Source of the DNA: Pirellulaceae bacterium
GTDB lineage: Bacteria; Planctomycetota; Planctomycetia; Pirellulales; Pirellulaceae
Assembly (NCBI GenBank): GCA_040219575.1
Contig: JAVJSD010000014.1
Location: forward strand, 66,120 to 130,119
Direction: 5' to 3'
Length of the DNA stretch: 64,000 bases
Shown: positions 50,424 through 59,813 of the stretch, piece after piece
Position numbering within the stretch: position 1 is the first letter of the stretch
How the letters are laid out: every line of letters starts with the position of its first letter
Notes under the pieces: model-generated
What the model saw: only the letters and a program-made list of their open reading frames with translations
Told to the model about the DNA's origin: nothing
Database searches by the model: none
Made by a program: the position numbers and the translations under genes

Positions 50424-51147
50424 GCTTCACCTCCTCGATGCGTCGCACATCCCGCTTACCTTCCATCGCCGGACGAACCATGCCCAACAACGCCGCTGCG
50501 CCACGGTCTACATCGGCCTCGAACAGCACCTTCAGCAGGCCCAGTCCGATCGCTTCCGGCTTGTTCACCGGCAGGCCCGCCACACTCTCGCTGAGCACGC
50601 GGATACCTCGGGCCTCTGCCGCAAACACGGGCGAGAACTGGTGGAACGGCGTCTCGACGCCCATCCGCCGCACCGCCCGCACCACTTCGGCAAAGCGCCC
50701 GGCCGGCGCGTTCTCGTAGCCGTCTGTAAGCACGAACACCACGTCGGGCTCGCGCTTCAGCAGCGCCACGAGACCGGCAGCCAGCGACGTGTCGCCGGCC
50801 GGCTCGATCAACTCGGCCGCCGGAGCCGCACGTCCGTCGTTCGTCACGATCGTCACCCGCTCGGCCGTCTCGGCCAGCAGGTCACGCAAGGCCAGAGCGA
50901 CCGAGATCGGTCGCCGCGCCTGCGTTTCGTGCCCGAACATCGACGCCGAAACGTCCAGCAGGATGCCGGCGTGCTCGAAACGCACCAGCAGCCTCTGAGC
51001 CGTCGCCTGCGCCTTGCGCAGCAGCTCGTGGATCTGGTCGCGATTCCTTGACGCGCTGGTGAACGGCAAGTTTCGGACCTGCCTCGATGATTGCAGGAAA
51101 CGAGCCGGCGTCCGGCCGGTCATAGCGGTCTTGATTGGGCCGTGCAC
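50410..51147 (-). CDS. von Willebrand factor type A (vWA) domain protein
   Basis: MIDAS D-x-S-x-S (LLDVSASMFG), followed by Thr and Asp-Gly blocks (VFVLTDGYEN). Confidence 0.65.
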   Translation of the reverse strand: MHGPIKTAMTGRTPARFLQSSRQVRNLPFTSASRNRDQIHELLRKAQATAQRLLVRFEHAGILLDVSASMFGHETQARRPISVALALRDLLAETAERVTIVTNDGRAAPAAELIEPAGDTSLAAGLVALLKREPDVVFVLTDGYENAPAGRFAEVVRAVRRMGVETPFHQFSPVFAAEARGIRVLSESVAGLPVNKPEAIGLGLLKVLFEADVDRGAAALLGMVRPAMEGKRDVRRIEEVKHGVS

Positions 51148-51710
51148 GCCGACTGGTGCTGGGTACCGAGTCGAGAGCAGCCACCGTGTCTATTACCATT
51201 ACGCGGCCGGAGGACTTTCGCATCTGGCGACCGAAGGCCCGGATCGAATTATGTCCGGCGCCGAGGAGATCACCACATTGCCTGACTGGACGCAGACCGG
51301 CAGAGGAGCGGCCGCTTTTCCACACCTGGGCCTGCGAAACTGAAGCGCACAAGATCTGGATCGAGCACTGCGAGGCCGCCGAAGGGATCGAGGACGAGTT
51401 CGAGGCCCTCGAATTCCTCCTTGGCGAGTTCTGGACCTACCTCGAAGCAGCGGAGGCCGACAGCCGATTTCGCGACGAGGTCCCAGCGTTCGCCGCTGAA
51501 ATCAAATCGATGTTCAACGCTTGGCGATTAACCAATTTTCTCGACGGGGCAGGTCCTGCTGCGCCCATCGACACGATCAGCTTTGATGACGATGAGTCCG
51601 ATCCCGAGGAAGTCGAGGAGATCGTTCGGGAAGACGAAATTCAAGTTGCCCGCGATCTACGGCTAGTTGAGCGGGCAAGGGAATGGCTGCTGGAAGAGAG
51701 CGATCGATGA
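51135..51710 (+). CDS. hypothetical acidic protein (same frame as the downstream Toprim ORF, separated by one TGA)
   Basis: ORF only. Acidic, helical-looking. No motif recognised. Confidence 0.3.
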   Translation: MGRARRLVLGTESRAATVSITITRPEDFRIWRPKARIELCPAPRRSPHCLTGRRPAEERPLFHTWACETEAHKIWIEHCEAAEGIEDEFEALEFLLGEFWTYLEAAEADSRFRDEVPAFAAEIKSMFNAWRLTNFLDGAGPAAPIDTISFDDDESDPEEVEEIVREDEIQVARDLRLVERAREWLLEESDR

Positions 51711-51722
51711 TTCTTCGCCTAT

Positions 51723-52142
51723 TTGGGGCGTTGGCCGGGTGACGACTACGACGCGAAGAAGGGCCGCCCACGTTACCGGTGGCCTGACGGCTTCAGCAAA
51801 AGCCAAATCGTTTACGGCCTGTCGTTCGCGTTGGAGACGCCAGCGGATCGACCGCTGATCGTCGTGGAGAGCCCCTTTTCCGTCTTCCACCTCCACCAAG
51901 TTGGGCTGCCCAACACCGTCTCCATTTTTGGTTCGTCGCTCAGCGACGAACAGGCGGACATCCTCATTTGCACAGATCGACCGCTGATCCTGATGTTCGA
52001 CGGCGACGAAGCCGGCTTCAAGGGCATGCGCACCGCCGCGGCCAAGCTGATCCGCCACGCGTATGTGTGCGTGAATGAACTGCCCGAGGGCCGTCAGCCC
52101 GATGAGCTTGAACGTAGCGAAATCGCCGATTTGCTTCGGTGA
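51723..52142 (+). CDS. Toprim-domain protein, DnaG-primase-like C-terminal fragment (possible remnant)
   Basis: DnaG-like blocks RYRWPDGFSKSQIVYGL, Toprim Glu in LIVVESPF, and DxD in LMFDGDEAG. It lacks the zinc-binding and RNA-polymerase N-terminal parts. Confidence 0.5.
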   Translation: MGRWPGDDYDAKKGRPRYRWPDGFSKSQIVYGLSFALETPADRPLIVVESPFSVFHLHQVGLPNTVSIFGSSLSDEQADILICTDRPLILMFDGDEAGFKGMRTAAAKLIRHAYVCVNELPEGRQPDELERSEIADLLR

Positions 52143-52346
52143 TATCTCGCAGCAGCAAGACACCGACCGGTTTCCGCTCGGTGTCCTTTTCTATCCGAAG
52201 CCATGCGAGGCGACGCGTCGTTCAAATATCTAGTGAACGGGTGTCACCGTGGACAGCATCTGTCCAACCAACACCTTATCATTGGGCATTGCTTTCGTTT
52301 CACCTGTGTTTGTGAACACTCATCCATTCATCCTCTCCGGCGACCG

Positions 52347-53396
52347 ATGGAACCTAGCTCTCCGCTCCTCCGCCAATGGATGCTGCTCAAGCTACTCGCG
52401 GCGACGACGCAGGGACGCGCCGTCCGGGAGCTGGCTGACGAAATGAGTGTCAGCGAGAAAACCATCCGCCGCGATCTCGCCGTGCTGACCGACGCCGGGT
52501 TCCCCATCGAAGACAAAACCGGCGAGTTCGGCCGCAAGGCCTGGCGTATCGCCCCATCGTGGAGTCCGTCCCAGATGGCATTCACCTTTGACGAAGCTCT
52601 CGCGCTCTACCTCGGCCGCCAGTTTCTCGAACCGCTCGCCGGCACGTTGTTCTGGCAGTCCGCCCAGCGGGCGATGAACAAAATCCGTGCCACGCTGACG
52701 CCCTCCGCCCTCCGCTATGTTGATCGGGCCGCCGAGGTCCTCTACCACACGGCCTTCGGCGCCAGCGATTACTCCCGCAAGGCCGATTTGATCGACGCAC
52801 TAATGGTCGCCATCGAAGACCGCCATGCTGTGTTCCTGACCTACCGCTCGCAACGCGCCACGGAACCCGTCACCTACGACGCTTACCCCTACGGGCTCAC
52901 CTACCATCGAGGTTCCCTGTATCTGGTAGGCCGGGCGCCGCAACACGACGAAATCCGACACTGGAAGGTCGATCGCATCGAAGTGGTCGAGCCGGCCGAA
53001 CTGCAATTCTCTCGGCCGTCTGGTTTTAATCTCCGCCGCCATTTCGCCGACTCGTTCGGCATTTGGGACGGCCGCGGTCGCATCGCCGTCAGAATCCGCT
53101 TCTCGGCAGACGTTGCCCGCTACGTCGAGGAATCCACCTGGCACGCGAGCCAAAAGCTGCAACGTCAACACGACGGCACGCTGATCGCCACCTTTCGGCT
53201 CTCCGCCATCGAAGAGATCAAGTCCTGGATCCTCAGCTTCGGACGCCACGCCGACGTGCTTGGGCCGCCAGAGCTGCGTGAGGAGATTGCGACGGAATTG
53301 CAGACGCTACTGATGAGATACACCTCGACACTGGAACCGCAACTCGACGAACCAACCGACCATATAAGTCGAAGGCACCGGCCATCGAAACGCTGA
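52347..53396 (+). CDS. HTH + WYL-domain transcriptional regulator
   Basis: N-terminal HTH (LRQWMLLKLLAATTQGRAVRELADEMSVSEKTIRRDLAVL) and a WYL-like core (VTYDAYPYGLTYHRGSLYLVGRAPQHDEIRHWKVDRI). It lies immediately upstream of cas6. Confidence 0.75.
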   Translation: MEPSSPLLRQWMLLKLLAATTQGRAVRELADEMSVSEKTIRRDLAVLTDAGFPIEDKTGEFGRKAWRIAPSWSPSQMAFTFDEALALYLGRQFLEPLAGTLFWQSAQRAMNKIRATLTPSALRYVDRAAEVLYHTAFGASDYSRKADLIDALMVAIEDRHAVFLTYRSQRATEPVTYDAYPYGLTYHRGSLYLVGRAPQHDEIRHWKVDRIEVVEPAELQFSRPSGFNLRRHFADSFGIWDGRGRIAVRIRFSADVARYVEESTWHASQKLQRQHDGTLIATFRLSAIEEIKSWILSFGRHADVLGPPELREEIATELQTLLMRYTSTLEPQLDEPTDHISRRHRPSKR

Positions 53397-53529
53397 TCCG
53401 ATTTTCCGAAAAACTGTTGGACAACCGCACACATGCACTTCAGAATCAAGCGTCCGATCTTTCGCCACATCGCGGCAAGAGTCGCTCGTCCCGACAGGCT
53501 TCGTGGGCAGTTCTGAACGAGGGTAGGTC

Positions 53530-54156
53530 ATGCACATCGATCTTTCGTTTCGTCTCATTGGTCAGAGTACGATTCCCTCCGATCACGGCTACCACCTCTA
53601 CGCCGCGGTCTCTCGGGTTTCGTCGCAGGCGCACGAGCCGAACGGTATCGGCGTCCATCCGATACGCGGTCGACAAATCGGCGATCGGCAGATCCAGCTC
53701 ACCGATTTCAGCCGCCTGACCATCCGCACCGAAGCCGACCACATTTCTCGCTGGCTTCCGCTTGCCGGCAAGCAACTGAACGTCGGCGGCCGCCCAATTC
53801 GCGTGGGTGTACCGGAAGTCCGCAGTCTCACGCCAACCGTCGCGCTCCGCAGCCGGCTCGTCACTATCAAGGTCTCTTCTGTCCGTGGCGAGTCACCTGC
53901 CCCACCCGACGCAGAGAGTTTCCGCGCTGCCGCTCTCCGTCAACTCGCCTCGCTTGGTATTTCCGACGCGGCCTCGCTTACGCTTGGCAAGCGCCGCACG
54001 CTGCGCATCAAGGACAAAGAAGTAGTCGGATACGAAGTACTCGTCTCCGAACTCACCGTCGAAGATTCGCTGGTCCTTCAAGAGCGCGGCCTCGGCGGTC
54101 GCCGCCATATGGGCTGCGGGATCTTTGTACCGGTCAACAAGCGAGAGGAGGCGTGA
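53530..54156 (+). CDS. cas6: CRISPR endoribonuclease Cas6
   Basis: Glycine-rich C-terminal loop GLGGRRHMGCGIF and Cas6-like size. First gene of the cas operon. Confidence 0.8.
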   Translation: MHIDLSFRLIGQSTIPSDHGYHLYAAVSRVSSQAHEPNGIGVHPIRGRQIGDRQIQLTDFSRLTIRTEADHISRWLPLAGKQLNVGGRPIRVGVPEVRSLTPTVALRSRLVTIKVSSVRGESPAPPDAESFRAAALRQLASLGISDAASLTLGKRRTLRIKDKEVVGYEVLVSELTVEDSLVLQERGLGGRRHMGCGIFVPVNKREEA

Positions 54157-56489
54157 TGGACGTCAATCGATTGTGGGCGAAGAGCAAGCCGTACGGATGG
54201 GACGACGACGACCCACGAGTCGAGTCGCTCTACCTTCCGCAGCATCTACGCGACGTTCACGACGCCGCCAGCCAAATCCTCGAAACGACGGGAGATTCAC
54301 AGCTTCAATCGCTCGGCCTGGCCCCGAGACTTTGGCGAGACCGATTCCGACGCGTATTGCTTCTCGCCGCGGCCGTTCACGATCTCGGCAAATGTGGAAG
54401 TCACTTTCAACTTATGCTGAAGGGTCAAGGGCGCCAAGCATTGCGGCACGAGTGGGTCAGTTTATTGATTCTGGACACTCCAGGTTGGACGAGTTGGCTC
54501 GTCTCCGCCGTGGATGGTGAAGCGATCGACTTAGAGATTGTCCGTTGGGCCGTAGCGGGCCATCATCCCAGATACGATCGAACAGCCCCGCCGACATCAA
54601 ACGACGGGCCTGCCACGCTTCATCTACCACTGGATCACCAAGATATCTCCGAAACGCTCAAATGGCTGGGTAGTACGTTCTCCCTTCACGGGACGCCTTC
54701 GCAGGAACCACGCACCGTTTCCCTGACGTTTGATCCCGGCAACGCCATCGATGCGCTCGCTGATCGACACTACGCTGCTGAAGACTTGTTTGACGACTTT
54801 TCGTCCGAAATGCGTCGATTTGTCGCTGCCGTCAAGAATAGCCTTGTCTCCGCCGACATCGCGGGCTCAGCGTTGCCGCGGCTAGCGGATGCTCAAGCGA
54901 AGCGGCACTGGCTCCGTGACGTACTCAACCAGGAAGGTCTGCCGACGTCCAACGACTACCGACGAATTACGGCCATGCGACTCGGCCGCTGCGAGCCAGC
55001 GGCAGTCGAAGGGAAACTCCGTCGATTTCAGAAAGAAGTAGGCGCGTCGCCGGCCCGAGTGACCTTCGTTCGGGCTGGTTGCGGAACCGGAAAGACTATC
55101 GCTGCGTATTGGTGGGCAGCCAACGTCTGCGCTGGCCGGCGATTGTTCGTCTGCTATCCGACCACAGGCACGGCGACCGCCGGCTTCGCCGACTATCTGA
55201 TGGATCCGGAACTTTCCCAAGCGGTGAAGACCGACCTGATTCACGGTCGCCGTATAGTTGACTTTCGCATGCTGCAGGCAGACGAGGATCGCAATGAGTC
55301 TGTGTCGCGCATCGCATCACTCGACATGTGGCGGACGCCGGTCGTCTCCAGCACCGTCGATACGGTGCTCGGTCTCATCCAAAATAACCGTCGCGGCCTG
55401 TGCAATTGGCCCGCCATCGCACAAGCAGGATTCGTCTTTGACGAAATCCACAGCTACGACGACAAGCTGTTCGACGCCCTGCTTCACTTTCTCGCGACCA
55501 TTCGTGGTGCGCCGATCTTGCTGATGACCGCCAGCCTACAGGTTCGTCGACTGGAGGCGATTCGATCGGTGCTTGCGGCGGCCGACGACCCACTTGCCGA
55601 GATTCCCGGGCCAGAGACGCTGGAAAGAGTTCCGCGGTATCAGCAGCGCCGCGACGTCAAAGCCAAGGACACGAAGCAAATCGACGCGATGATCCATGAG
55701 GAGGTCTCGCAGGGTGGAAAAGCTTTGTACGTTTGCAACACGGTGACCGATGCATTGCGAACAGCAGATCGGCTTGCGAAGTTGAAGCCCTTTGTCTACC
55801 ACAGTCGCTTTCGCTATCGCGATCGCGTTGAACGACACAAGAGCGTTGTCGAGGCGTTTCGACGCAAAAGCAAGTCTTCCGCCTTGGCGATTTGCACCCA
55901 AGTAGCGGAGATGTCCCTTGACCTCTCCGCGACACTCCTCGTGACCGCATTGGCGCCTGTGCCGTCGTTGATTCAGCGGCTTGGGCGCTTGAATCGTATC
56001 GAAAGGCCGGTGGAGCCACGACCATTCGTCATCGTCGAACCCCTCGGCGCCGATGGCAAGTACTCTCCACTTCCATACGAAGAAGGCGACTTGAAATCGA
56101 GCAAGAGTTGGCTTGAGGCAATCGGTGATGAACCTTGTTCTCAGCGCGACTTGGCCGACGCATGGGAGCGCCTCGCGGAAGGCGATTCGCCGTGTGCTCC
56201 GCCGCGTTGGCAGAGCGCATGGCTAGACTATGGGCCAGCTACTCCCGTCCTCGAACTTCGTGACGGATCACCCACACTTACGGTCATTCTCGAGGAAGAC
56301 TGGCCCCGGCTCTGCTCCCCCGACAATGCGACCGCATTGGCCGAGGTCGCCCTGCCCATGCCCATCCGCCCCGGCGACGACTGGCAGCTAAGAGATCGTG
56401 AAGACCGGCCACTGGAGTTCGCCGGAGTACCGGTCGCCAAGGCGGACAAGATCGACTATGACCCTCAACGAGGTGCGCAATGGCTGTAG
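54153..56489 (+). CDS. cas3: Cas3 (HD nuclease fused to DExH helicase)
   Basis: N-terminal HD motif (AAAVHDLGK), Walker A (GCGTGKT), DEIH box (FVFDEIH), and a helicase C-terminal domain. Confidence 0.9.
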   Translation: MMDVNRLWAKSKPYGWDDDDPRVESLYLPQHLRDVHDAASQILETTGDSQLQSLGLAPRLWRDRFRRVLLLAAAVHDLGKCGSHFQLMLKGQGRQALRHEWVSLLILDTPGWTSWLVSAVDGEAIDLEIVRWAVAGHHPRYDRTAPPTSNDGPATLHLPLDHQDISETLKWLGSTFSLHGTPSQEPRTVSLTFDPGNAIDALADRHYAAEDLFDDFSSEMRRFVAAVKNSLVSADIAGSALPRLADAQAKRHWLRDVLNQEGLPTSNDYRRITAMRLGRCEPAAVEGKLRRFQKEVGASPARVTFVRAGCGTGKTIAAYWWAANVCAGRRLFVCYPTTGTATAGFADYLMDPELSQAVKTDLIHGRRIVDFRMLQADEDRNESVSRIASLDMWRTPVVSSTVDTVLGLIQNNRRGLCNWPAIAQAGFVFDEIHSYDDKLFDALLHFLATIRGAPILLMTASLQVRRLEAIRSVLAAADDPLAEIPGPETLERVPRYQQRRDVKAKDTKQIDAMIHEEVSQGGKALYVCNTVTDALRTADRLAKLKPFVYHSRFRYRDRVERHKSVVEAFRRKSKSSALAICTQVAEMSLDLSATLLVTALAPVPSLIQRLGRLNRIERPVEPRPFVIVEPLGADGKYSPLPYEEGDLKSSKSWLEAIGDEPCSQRDLADAWERLAEGDSPCAPPRWQSAWLDYGPATPVLELRDGSPTLTVILEEDWPRLCSPDNATALAEVALPMPIRPGDDWQLRDREDRPLEFAGVPVAKADKIDYDPQRGAQWL

Positions 56490-58177
56490 CAAGGTCGATA
56501 AAGTGCAGCGAGGCTTTGGCGCCGGCGGATATGTCGTTTGAGTTGTTCGCTCCTGGCATGACCCCACTCCACCGCGCCGGACTCGGCGGGCTGGCAGCAA
56601 CTCTACTGGCGATGACTCGTCGGCGGAAACTGGGTCTGATTTCCCAAGACGATCTGCCAGGTGACTGGTCCAGCGGCGAGCCCTGGACGATTAAGCCGGA
56701 TCGCTTAGTTCTCCATTTCCGGGAACCAGAAGGAGCGGCGGACTACTTGCGCAAGTTGTTCGCTTTCGCATTCTCCATAAAGGACAAACTGATCGACTTG
56801 CCCGGTATCTACCGCGATGAATTGAACCGAGCCGTGCGCGCGGAGTTGCAACTCGGCCTGACATTGACGTTTCTTCAATTTGGTCCACATCGGAAGTTAG
56901 AGCCAGAAACGAAACTCACTTTCGATGTCACCGGCGATGGGACTGCCGAGATCGCCGTCGGCATCCGCGCCTGTCATGGATATCTCCATCAGGATGCTGT
57001 CGAACGACTCAAACTCTTCGACAAGAAGGGCCGCTTGAACTGGAAAGCCACCGAGACTCCCAGCGCCTTCAATCCGGGCGCCGTCGTGCGACACAACGCG
57101 TTTGGAACAAGTACGCGTATTGAAGAATTGCCACCCGCAGGAATCGCGGCCTGCTTTGCCATCGTAGGAGCACTTTCACTGGCGGTTAACCGAGGCGTGG
57201 GGGTGCTGTTGATCCCAGAAGTTGACGACTTAGAGAGGTTCGCTCGATCTCGACCGCGTATGACTCCTACAACTCTGCGCGAGTGTCGCATTAGTGCGGC
57301 GAGCGACGCCGCAATGCAGGCAGAAGTTCGCTTGCGGGCAAGAGGACAGATGCAGCGGCATGGACTCACGGGGATCTACACCATGCAGCTACGCCCTACG
57401 CAGTGGAACGAAAAGCAGAAGACTCGCGTTGCTACGCTGCACATTCCTTGCTGCACAGATCCAACGCTGGAGCGATTCAATTTGGCGTTGAGGCACCTGC
57501 CGCCACGCATCTACTCGTATGCGGAGCCCGTTACCGGAGGACGAGGGCGAAGGAGCGACACCCCGCAGTTTGTCTGGCGCTGGAAAGACAGTCTTGTTCG
57601 TCCGCTCGTCGCCGACAATCTTGCGACTGGCCGCAGATGGTACGACGGGTTCGCGGACTTGATGACAGGGCAAGATGGTTCTCACGTCCCAATCCATCAA
57701 CGGATTTCATTCGAAGCGGAGGGTTTGTACGCGATGCTCAGTGAGAAACAAGGCGGCATGACCGAAGAGGAAGAACGAAACTTGATTGGAGCGATCCATC
57801 GAGCTGTCTACATGCAGCGAGGCAAGATCTACGCTGACACGATGGGAAAACGGCCTGAGGCCGGCGGGGCAAAACCGAGCCAAGCCTGCTTTAACCGTTG
57901 GTCGCGATTGATGGAGCGACTGCGGCTGGGGTTGATCAACTCCAAGACCGCGGAACAGACGCGTCGCCTTCTCCAGGACGACATCTTTGGCCGGGCCGGC
58001 ACGATTCCGGAGCTCAAAGACCACGAAAAACTCCGCCAAGTCCATCGACTGATATTTCACGATGACTGGCGAAGGCTACGAGACCTCACCATGCTCGCTG
58101 TGGTCAGCTATAAAGCGCCTGCGGACAGGGCCCCCATCCCCGGCGAAGACGATACGGAAATCGAGAACGATTCCTGA
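56480..58177 (+). CDS. cas8: Cas8 large subunit (type I-B / MYXAN-like Cas8)
   Basis: 565 aa between cas3 and cas7. N-terminal MTPLHRAGLGGL block. Assigned by position and size. Confidence 0.65.
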   Translation: MAVARSIKCSEALAPADMSFELFAPGMTPLHRAGLGGLAATLLAMTRRRKLGLISQDDLPGDWSSGEPWTIKPDRLVLHFREPEGAADYLRKLFAFAFSIKDKLIDLPGIYRDELNRAVRAELQLGLTLTFLQFGPHRKLEPETKLTFDVTGDGTAEIAVGIRACHGYLHQDAVERLKLFDKKGRLNWKATETPSAFNPGAVVRHNAFGTSTRIEELPPAGIAACFAIVGALSLAVNRGVGVLLIPEVDDLERFARSRPRMTPTTLRECRISAASDAAMQAEVRLRARGQMQRHGLTGIYTMQLRPTQWNEKQKTRVATLHIPCCTDPTLERFNLALRHLPPRIYSYAEPVTGGRGRRSDTPQFVWRWKDSLVRPLVADNLATGRRWYDGFADLMTGQDGSHVPIHQRISFEAEGLYAMLSEKQGGMTEEEERNLIGAIHRAVYMQRGKIYADTMGKRPEAGGAKPSQACFNRWSRLMERLRLGLINSKTAEQTRRLLQDDIFGRAGTIPELKDHEKLRQVHRLIFHDDWRRLRDLTMLAVVSYKAPADRAPIPGEDDTEIENDS

Positions 58178-58210
58178 ACATACCTTAACATACAGCAAGA
58201 GATCGATACC

Positions 58211-59131
58211 ATGACTCTACATGTCTTTGCGAGTATCGCGACAGGCTACGGAACGGCGGGCAACAATCGCGGCGAAACCGAGGGCAATACAACGACGCTG
58301 CAAAAGTTGATCTGGCATGGTCAGCCGCATACGACCGTTAGCGCCGAGGCGATCCGCTTCGCATTGCGGCGGCTTCTAACATGCAAAGAACAAGCTGGCA
58401 CGAATCGAACCTGGAACGAAGCGACTCGCAGGAACGACTGGCAGGACGCCGAATTCAAAAAGTGGCGCAAAGAGGAAGCCGGCTTCATCGACGACGATCT
58501 ACTTGGATTCATGTCCGCCGAAGCCGCGAAAGACGAAAACACAAAGGGATCCGCCAACGTACGGCGTGCCGTGCTGGAAATGACGCGCGCCGTCTCTCTT
58601 ACACCTTGGCCGGGCGACGTTGTCTTCAACGCTGCCTCGCCGCGCGCAACCGCCTCTGCCGCGAAAGGCGAGGGCGACAATCCTGTGCCTTATATGGCCG
58701 AGGTCCACGCCACTCGCTACCAGTATGGACTTGCGATGACACCGACTGCACTTCGCGACCGCTCTCGGGCAGCGAAGGGACTTGAGGCAGTTGCTTCATT
58801 GGGGACTGTCGCGGGCAATCACGCCAGATTCCTGTTCGACTTCGCGCCTGAAGCCATCGTCATTCGATTAACGGAGGATCCCGCTCCTCGCTTACTTTAT
58901 TGCTTCGATACGGCGGATGGCGGAAAGACCATCGGGGCAGAGACGCTTGTCAAGAGAATTCAGTCTGAGGACATCAATCCAGACGAACTGATTCTTGGCG
59001 TGGTCGACCTCGACGCCTCTCTCGCGGATCAGCTCAAGACGGCGGGCGTGAACCAGATCCACGGCGTTCGACGCGCAGTAGAACTGGCATGCAAGCGAAT
59101 CAACGAGCACTCAGACGTGAAAGGCGGCTGA
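58211..59131 (+). CDS. cas7: Cas7 backbone subunit
   Basis: Cas7-type N-terminus (GYGTAGNNRGE...), AIRFALRR block, 306 aa. Confidence 0.8.
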   Translation: MTLHVFASIATGYGTAGNNRGETEGNTTTLQKLIWHGQPHTTVSAEAIRFALRRLLTCKEQAGTNRTWNEATRRNDWQDAEFKKWRKEEAGFIDDDLLGFMSAEAAKDENTKGSANVRRAVLEMTRAVSLTPWPGDVVFNAASPRATASAAKGEGDNPVPYMAEVHATRYQYGLAMTPTALRDRSRAAKGLEAVASLGTVAGNHARFLFDFAPEAIVIRLTEDPAPRLLYCFDTADGGKTIGAETLVKRIQSEDINPDELILGVVDLDASLADQLKTAGVNQIHGVRRAVELACKRINEHSDVKGG

Positions 59132-59132
59132 T

Positions 59133-59798
59133 ATGATCGGCGTCTATGTCACGGTTCCGATCGCCTGTTTTCGCAAAGGCCTCGCGCGCGAGTTTTTGGA
59201 GACAGAAATCCTTCCTCCACCAGCGACTTGTTATGGCTTCCTGCTCTCGCTTGTCGGAGAAGCCGATCGTCGGCGGCACGTCGCCTGTCGGATCGCGCCT
59301 GCCGTGATTAGGCGTGAACTGCGCGTGAGCACAGTCCTCCGAACCGTCTGGCGGCTGAAACACCGCGATCGCGATCCTGGCGCATCGGGCAACATGCGTC
59401 CAGACTTCCAGCAACTACTCACCGGACTCGAATTGGTCATATGGCTGGATTCAAACGAAGAGATAAGTAGCGGCCCAGCGCTCGAGGAACGAGTTCGTCA
59501 CGCTCTGGCTTTCCCTTCCTCTATCACTCGATACGGAGGCTTGAGTCTCGGTGAGAGCACCCACCTCATCGACGAGGTCTCCGTCATCAACGACAGCTTC
59601 CGACTAGAACGAGATGAACCGTCGTGTCAAATGTTCCTCACTTCCCAACGTGGGCCGCTAACGCTGCCAGTCTGGGTCGACCACGTGGGGTCAGCGGGCA
59701 CACGATATGCAACAGGAGAAATCGAGGTTGTCCCTGCCTTCACCTCCCCCGCGGCAAGCCGCATGTCGCAGATCGACAGAGCGTCTCAGTCGGAATAA
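59133..59798 (+). CDS. cas5: Cas5
   Basis: Cas5 hallmark N-terminus VPIACFRKGLAREFLETEILPPPATCYGFLLSLVG. Starts 2 nt after cas7. Confidence 0.75.
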   Translation: MIGVYVTVPIACFRKGLAREFLETEILPPPATCYGFLLSLVGEADRRRHVACRIAPAVIRRELRVSTVLRTVWRLKHRDRDPGASGNMRPDFQQLLTGLELVIWLDSNEEISSGPALEERVRHALAFPSSITRYGGLSLGESTHLIDEVSVINDSFRLERDEPSCQMFLTSQRGPLTLPVWVDHVGSAGTRYATGEIEVVPAFTSPAASRMSQIDRASQSE

Positions 59799-59813
59799 CG
59801 CAAGGAATGGAAA

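Noticed and set aside
49260-50594. 444-aa plus-strand ORF
   Set aside because: Antisense to the 345-aa/vWA pair. Poly-R/A composition.
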